Positions 59,431-64,000 of a stretch of 64,000 nucleotides of DNA are shown piece after piece (position 1 is the stretch's first letter; each line of letters starts with the position of its first letter). Made by a program: the position numbers and the translations under genes. The notes beneath the pieces are model-generated. The model was not told the DNA's origin. It made no database searches and saw only the letters and a list, made by a program, of their open reading frames with translations. Origin of the DNA: Trueperaceae bacterium. Lineage in GTDB: Bacteria > Deinococcota > Deinococci > Deinococcales > Trueperaceae. The stretch spans positions 3,904,001 through 3,968,000 of the forward strand of contig OZ243927.1 of NCBI GenBank assembly GCA_965213925.1, in the 5' to 3' direction.

Positions 59431-60402
59431 ATGACGACAGAACGAGGCGCGATCACTAAGGCGAGGCGGCTCTCAGCGTTACCTGAACTCCTCAAGCGCA
59501 AGCCGCGCACAACCGCCGAACTCGCCGAGCACTTCGCTGTCCCTCGGCGCACGATTCAGCGCGACCTAGAGACTTTGCGCGAGGAAGGCTACGGCGTCGA
59601 AAGCCCTGAGCGGGGTCTCTACCTCATTCCCTCTAGCCCCCCCAACCTCAACGCGGTCGAAGCGCTCGCCGTCCACGCCGCCACCAGGCTCCTCTACCAC
59701 CACGCCCCAGCACGCAACCCGCACTACCGCTCCGCTTTAGAAAAGCTTGCCTCTTTACTGCCAGAACCAGCACGGGGCGTCGCACTGAGCAGCGTAGAGG
59801 CGCTGGATGAGCGTCCTCCTGACGACAGGGCGCTCGAGCTTGCCGCCCAAGCGTGGTTCGAAGAGCGCGTGCTCGCGTTCGAGTACCTCTCGCCGAACGG
59901 CTCGGGCAAGTGGCGACCCAAAGAGCTAGAGATTTACGTAATCGAGATTAGCCGAGCCAACCTCGCTCCCTACGCCATCGGCTTCGAGCGCCGCTTTCAC
60001 AACAGAGTTCAAACCTGGAAACTCTCGCGGATGCGCCAAACGCGCTTACTGGGAGACACCTACACCATCCCCCAGGGCTTCGACCCAAGGGATTACTTAG
60101 AGACCGCTTGGGGTGTCATCGGCACCAGTGGCGGGGAGACCGTAACCGTAAAGTTGCGCTTCGCACCCGAAGCCGCTCACCGCCTCCGCGAAGGCGGCTA
60201 CCCGAACATGAAAATCGAGCGAGAGCTACCCGACGACGCTTTAGAGGTCTCTATTCAGGCTGGCACGGATGACGAAGGGTTCCCCTTAGAACTTCTCTCC
60301 TGGGTGCAGAGCTGGGGGCCGCGCGTCGAGGTGCTAGAACCCCTTAACTTGCGCGAACGCTGGTTAGAGGAAGCTCGGCGCGTCGCAGGGTATACTAAGT
60401 AG
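59431..60402 (+). CDS. HTH-WYL-WCX transcriptional regulator, CRISPR-associated
   Basis: ELAEHFAVPRRTIQRDL HTH; YAIG..TWKLSRM WYL core; SWGPRVEVLEP..LR WCX; directly upstream of the array leader. Confidence 0.92.
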   Translation: MTTERGAITKARRLSALPELLKRKPRTTAELAEHFAVPRRTIQRDLETLREEGYGVESPERGLYLIPSSPPNLNAVEALAVHAATRLLYHHAPARNPHYRSALEKLASLLPEPARGVALSSVEALDERPPDDRALELAAQAWFEERVLAFEYLSPNGSGKWRPKELEIYVIEISRANLAPYAIGFERRFHNRVQTWKLSRMRQTRLLGDTYTIPQGFDPRDYLETAWGVIGTSGGETVTVKLRFAPEAAHRLREGGYPNMKIERELPDDALEVSIQAGTDDEGFPLELLSWVQSWGPRVEVLEPLNLRERWLEEARRVAGYTK

Positions 60403-60482
60403 CGCATGTTTGTGAGGACGTTGACAACCTATGCTCGAGACTTAGAAGGGGTAAAACGCTAGTTTTGCCGTCTGGGTCAAGT
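60403..60482 (+). promoter_or_regulatory. CRISPR leader
   Basis: Between the WYL stop and the first perfect repeat; contains TTGACA and ends in AAGT; the degenerate repeat is at the far end of the array. Confidence 0.65.
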
Positions 60483-61245
60483 GTATTCCCCACGCATGTG
60501 GGGATGAACCGCGCCGCGGCCGAGCGTGACCAGGGGCGTATTCCCCACGCATGTGGGGATGAACCGGCCTCGGCGAGCGGCGTTTCCCCACGGCAAGCAA
60601 TAGCGAAGTATTCCCCACGCATGTGGGGATGAACCGTTGTCCTCCGAGAGGTTCCCAGCCAGCTCAGGGTATTCCCCACGCATGTGGGGATGAACCGTTG
60701 AACGCCTCAGCGATGACGAAGTTGACCTCGTATTCCCCACGCATGTGGGGATGAACCGTTGACGCGCGGTGAGGTGACGGTGATGGGGATGTATTCCCCA
60801 CGCATGTGGGGATGAACCGGACCGTATGACGCAGCCAGCGCGACGCTCATTGTATTCCCCACGCATGTGGGGATGAACCGGGTACATTGTAGCTTTTCAT
60901 AAGCGCGGTGTAGTATTCCCCACGCATGTGGGGATGAACCGGTCTACAGCGGTCACGAGTACGTGACCGTGACGTATTCCCCACGCATGTGGGGATGAAC
61001 CGTGCCGCTCGCAAAGGTCTTCAAACTCGCGCTTGTATTCCCCACGCATGTGGGGATGAACCGGGATACGTGAAGATGTGGTACCAGGCGTGGCAGTATT
61101 CCCCACGCATGTGGGGATGAACCGGCCAAAGATCAAATTCAAGCGCGTATTAACCGTATTCCCCACGCATGTGGGGATGAACCGACCTCGCGCCGGTACT
61201 CGCCCCAGCGGATGAACTATTCCCCACGTGTGTGGGGATGAACCA
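60483..61245 (+). CRISPR. Type I-E CRISPR array, 13 repeats and 12 spacers
   Basis: 29-bp repeat GTATTCCCCACGCATGTGGGGATGAACCG; spacer lengths 26, 41, 32 (x8), 31, 32; last repeat degenerate (CTATTCCCCACGTGTGTGGGGATGAACCA). Confidence 0.98.
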
Positions 61246-61469
61246 GGGGGCTGTACGCATCTCAGGTGGGCAACGAGCAGAGATAACAGGGTTCGCGGTG
61301 GTCGGGGTTCACTTGCGAATCATAAGCGCATGGAGGGCGTCACTGTGCCCATCGGTGAGCCCTTCGTGACGCCTTTGGGGGCGCGGCTGATGTATCTGAG
61401 AGACCATAGCCTTTCCGCACTAAGTTTTGAAATCTACAACTGCAGGTGCACAATAGTCGGAGTGAACCG

Positions 61470-61772
61470 CTAAAGACCTAAACGCTTCTCCTCCTCGTAG
61501 AGCCTTTCAATCACAAACTCTTTCATCAGCGTTTGGTAGCCCTTACCCTTTTTTCGGGCGAGGGTCTTGAGCCGTTTGGTAAGGTCGTCGTCAAGTCGGA
61601 TAGAGGTGTTACGTGACGCACGACGCGGTCTAGCCGGTGGCAAATCGTCCTCGTCCACCTCGATCTTAGCGAGATATTCGTCCGTGACAGTATGCTCTTG
61701 CCAGAAGGCCCTAGCCTCTTCCTCGCTCATGTTCTCGGGTACTTGCTTGGGGTCGGTCAGTAGGTCGCTCAT
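61470..61772 (-). CDS. CopG/RHH antitoxin (BrnA-like)
   Basis: EEEARAFWQEH..TSIRLD..LKTLARKKGKGYQTLMK; start overlaps the toxin stop. Confidence 0.85.
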   Translation of the reverse strand: MSDLLTDPKQVPENMSEEEARAFWQEHTVTDEYLAKIEVDEDDLPPARPRRASRNTSIRLDDDLTKRLKTLARKKGKGYQTLMKEFVIERLYEEEKRLGL

Positions 61773-62047
61773 TATCGTCCTTTCTTTTTGTTGAGGCGGC
61801 GGTAGGATTTCTTTTCAGGAGGTTTGGCGTCGCGTGCGGTGATGGCTCGCCATAAGCCTTTGCCCTTTCGCTCGAGAATGACCACCAAGAGACGACCCGT
61901 ATCGGTTTTGCCGATGAAGCCGACGTTACCGCTGTGGGCACCGAAAGGGACGCGCTCAGGGTCGGTAACCGCCTCTTCAAACTCGAAATCGTCAACGTCG
62001 TGCCTTGCAATATGGTCAAGGTTGCCGTTGTCCCATTCGAATTCCAT
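61772..62047 (-). CDS. BrnT family (DUF497) toxin
   Basis: MEFEWDNGNLDHIARHDV..EEA..GKTDTGRLLVV..RAITARDA; leaderless TATACT-N6-ATG at 62047. Confidence 0.88.
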   Translation of the reverse strand: MEFEWDNGNLDHIARHDVDDFEFEEAVTDPERVPFGAHSGNVGFIGKTDTGRLLVVILERKGKGLWRAITARDAKPPEKKSYRRLNKKKGR

Positions 62048-62097
62048 AGCTATAGTATACGCGATTGTGGGCACATCCATATACGCAACTGTTGCGA

Positions 62098-62142
62098 GAA
62101 AAGGGGCGCGGTCACCAAAGACCGCGCCCCTTACATGCCTAG
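62098..62142 (-). terminator. Intrinsic terminator following the HU remnant
   Basis: AAGGGGCGCGGTC-TTTGGT-GACCGCGCCCCTT-TTCT on the minus strand. Confidence 0.75.
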
Positions 62143-62151
62143 GTAAAACGC

Positions 62152-62211
62152 TTAGTTCACCGCGTCTTTTAGCGCCTTGCCGGGCTCAAAGACGGAGTAC
62201 TTAAACACGGG
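62152..62211 (-). pseudogene. Decayed 3' end of a DNA-binding protein HU gene
   Basis: Translates as PVFKYSVFEPGKALKDAVN*, against the typical HU C-terminus P..K.PAFKPGKALKDAV. Confidence 0.7.
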
Positions 62212-62215
62212 TGTC

Positions 62216-62301
62216 CTATTCCCCACGCATGTGGGGATGAACCGACGGGGAAGGACTTTGAGGTCTCTCGTCTATTTCCTACGTATGTAGGGATGAAACC
62301 G
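62216..62301 (+). CRISPR. CRISPR mini-array: two repeats and one 27-nt spacer
   Basis: CTATTCCCCACGCATGTGGGGATGAACCG (62216-62244), spacer ACGGGGAAGGACTTTGAGGTCTCTCGT, degenerate CTATTTCCTACGTATGTAGGGATGAAACCG (62272-62301). Confidence 0.9.
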
Positions 62302-62335
62302 CCCTCGAGCTAGACCGAGGAGATAACCCAAATAG

Positions 62336-62485
62336 GACGGTAGTACCGTCGTCATCTTTAATATCGGCGGAAACAAGTACCGTTTGGTCGTCTATATCAG
62401 CTATAAATCTCAGCGCGTTTATATTCGCAAAGTTATGACGCATGAAGAGTACGACTTCTGGAATGACCAAGGGAGACCGACATGA
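62336..62485 (+). pseudogene. higB: 5'-truncated HigB (RelE-like) toxin
   Basis: Not in ORF track. DGSTVVIFNIGGNKYRLVVYISYKSQRVYIRKVMTHEEYDFW; in-frame TAG at 62333 and no upstream start; ATGA overlap with higA. Confidence 0.85.
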
Positions 62486-62895
62486 CCCAAAACCAAGTCA
62501 TCGAAGCCTGGAGCGCGTTCAAAGCAAGCACCCACTTCAAGCGCCCCGAAAGTGAAGCCGAGTACGAGGGGTTGCAAGGGCTCATGTATTACCTCATCGA
62601 CCATGACAACTGCGACGAAGAGCCCTACGCTTCTCTTTTGCATCTGGTAGGAACTTATATGGACGAGTATGAGCGCGAATATGACGCCGACTTGAAAGAT
62701 GTTGACGTGGCACCTCGGCAAATGCTCGAGTTCTACATGGATCAGCAGGGTGTAACGCAGTATCAACTTGGCAAAGAGGGCGTTGCGAGTCAGAGCGTGC
62801 TGAGCCGAGTACTTTCAGGCGAGCGTGAGATCAGCAAAACGTTGGCGAAGAAGTTGGCGGAGAGATTCAGCGCGAACGTGGAAGTCTTCTTATAA
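62482..62895 (+). CDS. higA: HigA-type HTH antitoxin
   Basis: SEAEYE..LVGTYMDEYE..MDQQGVTQ..SQSVLSRVLSGEREIS..KKLAERF. Confidence 0.88.
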   Translation: MTQNQVIEAWSAFKASTHFKRPESEAEYEGLQGLMYYLIDHDNCDEEPYASLLHLVGTYMDEYEREYDADLKDVDVAPRQMLEFYMDQQGVTQYQLGKEGVASQSVLSRVLSGEREISKTLAKKLAERFSANVEVFL

Positions 62896-63096
62896 ATGAA
62901 GGCAGGGCTGTCGCCTGGCTACCTTGATTCTCCGTTAGAGCGCATATCGCTGTCGCTCGAGCAAGACACTCTCAAAAGGCTTAAACGCTTAGCAAAGCGC
63001 AAGGGGATGGGCTACTAAACGTTGCTCAAGTCTTTTGTAGAGGAAAGGCTCTATGAGGAGGAGAAGCGCAAAGGGATGCTCGAGATGAGTGAATGA
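62896..63096 (+). pseudogene. Inactivated CopG/BrnA-like antitoxin copy
   Basis: ISLSLEQDTLKRLKRLAKRKGMGY*TLLKSFVEERLYEEEKR aligns with the protein at 61470-61772; TAA at 63016-63018 replaces the Gln of GYQT. Confidence 0.8.
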
Positions 63097-63155
63097 TACG
63101 GATTCCGCTCATCTCCCATTGCCATTGACCTCTGAAGACGATGCAGAGCAGCTTC

Positions 63156-63746
63156 TTAAATATCCGCCAAAATCTTCTCGGCTAACTGCTTGGCGACCCT
63201 CTCTTTCGCTTCCTCTTCTCGCCGCGCTTTGTCGTACTTCGCCGCTCTGACCTTGAGCTTTTCGCCTACTACGCGGAGGGCGCGTTCAGGTTCCATGAAG
63301 GGATTGAGCACGAAGTTGTACATCTGCTTCTGCTGCTTATCAATGGCTAAAACTTGGTAATGTTTTGGGCCTAGCAGGGCGGCAAGTTCAAAGCGGTCCA
63401 TGCGCTCTGCCGCGATGACCTGCGAGTCTTTGAGCTTTCTTTTTAAGCTCCACTGATCGAGTTCACGGTCATTGTCATAAGTTGGGCGCATTCTGAGACG
63501 GCTCCACAGAAAAGGAATACCGAATACGCACAGGAAGTTGAGCCCTATGAAGCTTACGTAAGCACCAATAATAAGTCCAGTCTCATTACCAGTACTCCAC
63601 GCCATAATTGCTACGCCTAGCAGTATCAACGCTCCCCAGAGGTACATTGTCCAAAGCGATACGTACTCCTCTTTTGCAGCCGCGCTGAACCGCTTGCGCC
63701 ACGGTGGTTTCTCTACCAGTAGGTCTCTAAACAAGGTGTCTGACAT
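63156..63746 (-). CDS. Hypothetical two-TM membrane protein
   Basis: 196 aa; AGGAGG SD; lower GC; divergent from cas3. Confidence 0.75.
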   Translation of the reverse strand: MSDTLFRDLLVEKPPWRKRFSAAAKEEYVSLWTMYLWGALILLGVAIMAWSTGNETGLIIGAYVSFIGLNFLCVFGIPFLWSRLRMRPTYDNDRELDQWSLKRKLKDSQVIAAERMDRFELAALLGPKHYQVLAIDKQQKQMYNFVLNPFMEPERALRVVGEKLKVRAAKYDKARREEEAKERVAKQLAEKILADI

Positions 63747-63877
63747 GCACGTCCTCCTATTGCAGATGATAACGAAGTGCCGGACCCCTATTATCGCACA
63801 TTACGCTTAGAAAGTGAGGGAGCGTCAGTATGTTTTTCGCGTCACCAATTGACGCCAGCGCGTGATATATCTGTTTT

Positions 63878-64000
63878 ATGTCTTTAAGTCAGAGAGCGCA
63901 GAGTTTCTGGGCGAAGAGCAGCGACGATGGGCACGGACATCCTCTTATCGCGCATCTTCTCGATGTCGCGGCTGTATCCGCAGAACTTCTAGGGCGCGAG
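63878..64000 (+). CDS. cas3: CRISPR-associated helicase/nuclease Cas3 (type I-E), N-terminal 41 codons
   Basis: Not in ORF track. MSLSQRAQSFWAKSSDDGHGHPLIAHLLDVAAVSAELL matches the WAK..HPL..HLLDVAAV start of the I-E Cas3 HD domain. Confidence 0.85.
   Translation, partial: MSLSQRAQSFWAKSSDDGHGHPLIAHLLDVAAVSAELLGRE

Noticed and set aside
60395..61473. ORFs with repeated VHPHMRGEY / FIPTCVGN peptides
   Set aside because: These are translations of CRISPR repeats.
62152..62208. 18-codon GTG-started mini-ORF as a CreT-like toxin
   Set aside because: Only a weak AGGA SD and no clear rare-codon signature; better explained as an HU gene remnant.
63801..63817. RDRM (DdrO box)-like TTACGCTTAGAAAGTGA before cas3
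   Set aside because: The right half-site lacks the conserved C and an A; too weak without a matrix scan.

Overview
GC-rich bacterial chromosome segment, most likely Deinococcota (Truepera-like). This call rests on gene content, frequent leaderless TAnnnT-N6-ATG/GTG starts and strong CTCGAG enrichment. The first ~45 kb is mostly stress, transport and metabolism: two Ig-like lipoproteins, a LexA-like HTH-S24 regulator, corA, two paralogous osmoprotectant ABC operons (yehZYXW order), NhaC, treZ-treY, paaZ, a phaB-like reductase, an HD-GYP gene and a GGDEF gene. Housekeeping genes are mostly in the right half (rpsT, carD, rsmA, hom, thrC, ychF, serS, proS). The right end is a type I-E CRISPR locus: WYL regulator, 13-repeat array, brnTA, a decayed HU-gene 3' end, a two-repeat mini-array, truncated higB with intact higA, a dead antitoxin copy, and the start of cas3. 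Features the ORF track misses: (1) a c-di-GMP-II riboswitch in front of a 41-aa secreted peptide gene, directly behind the HD-GYP gene; (2) a CRISPR mini-array whose degenerate repeat keeps its hairpin by a compensatory change, set among toxin-antitoxin remnants; (3) a leaderless 22-aa leader peptide and terminator in front of a bacterial-type proS; (4) shared GCGTCA boxes before the WYL gene and cas3; (5) a probable ATC start codon; (6) several families of nested MITE/REP repeats. The frameshifts in trmJ and ychF look like sequencing errors. All family assignments come from motif recognition by eye; no searches were run.
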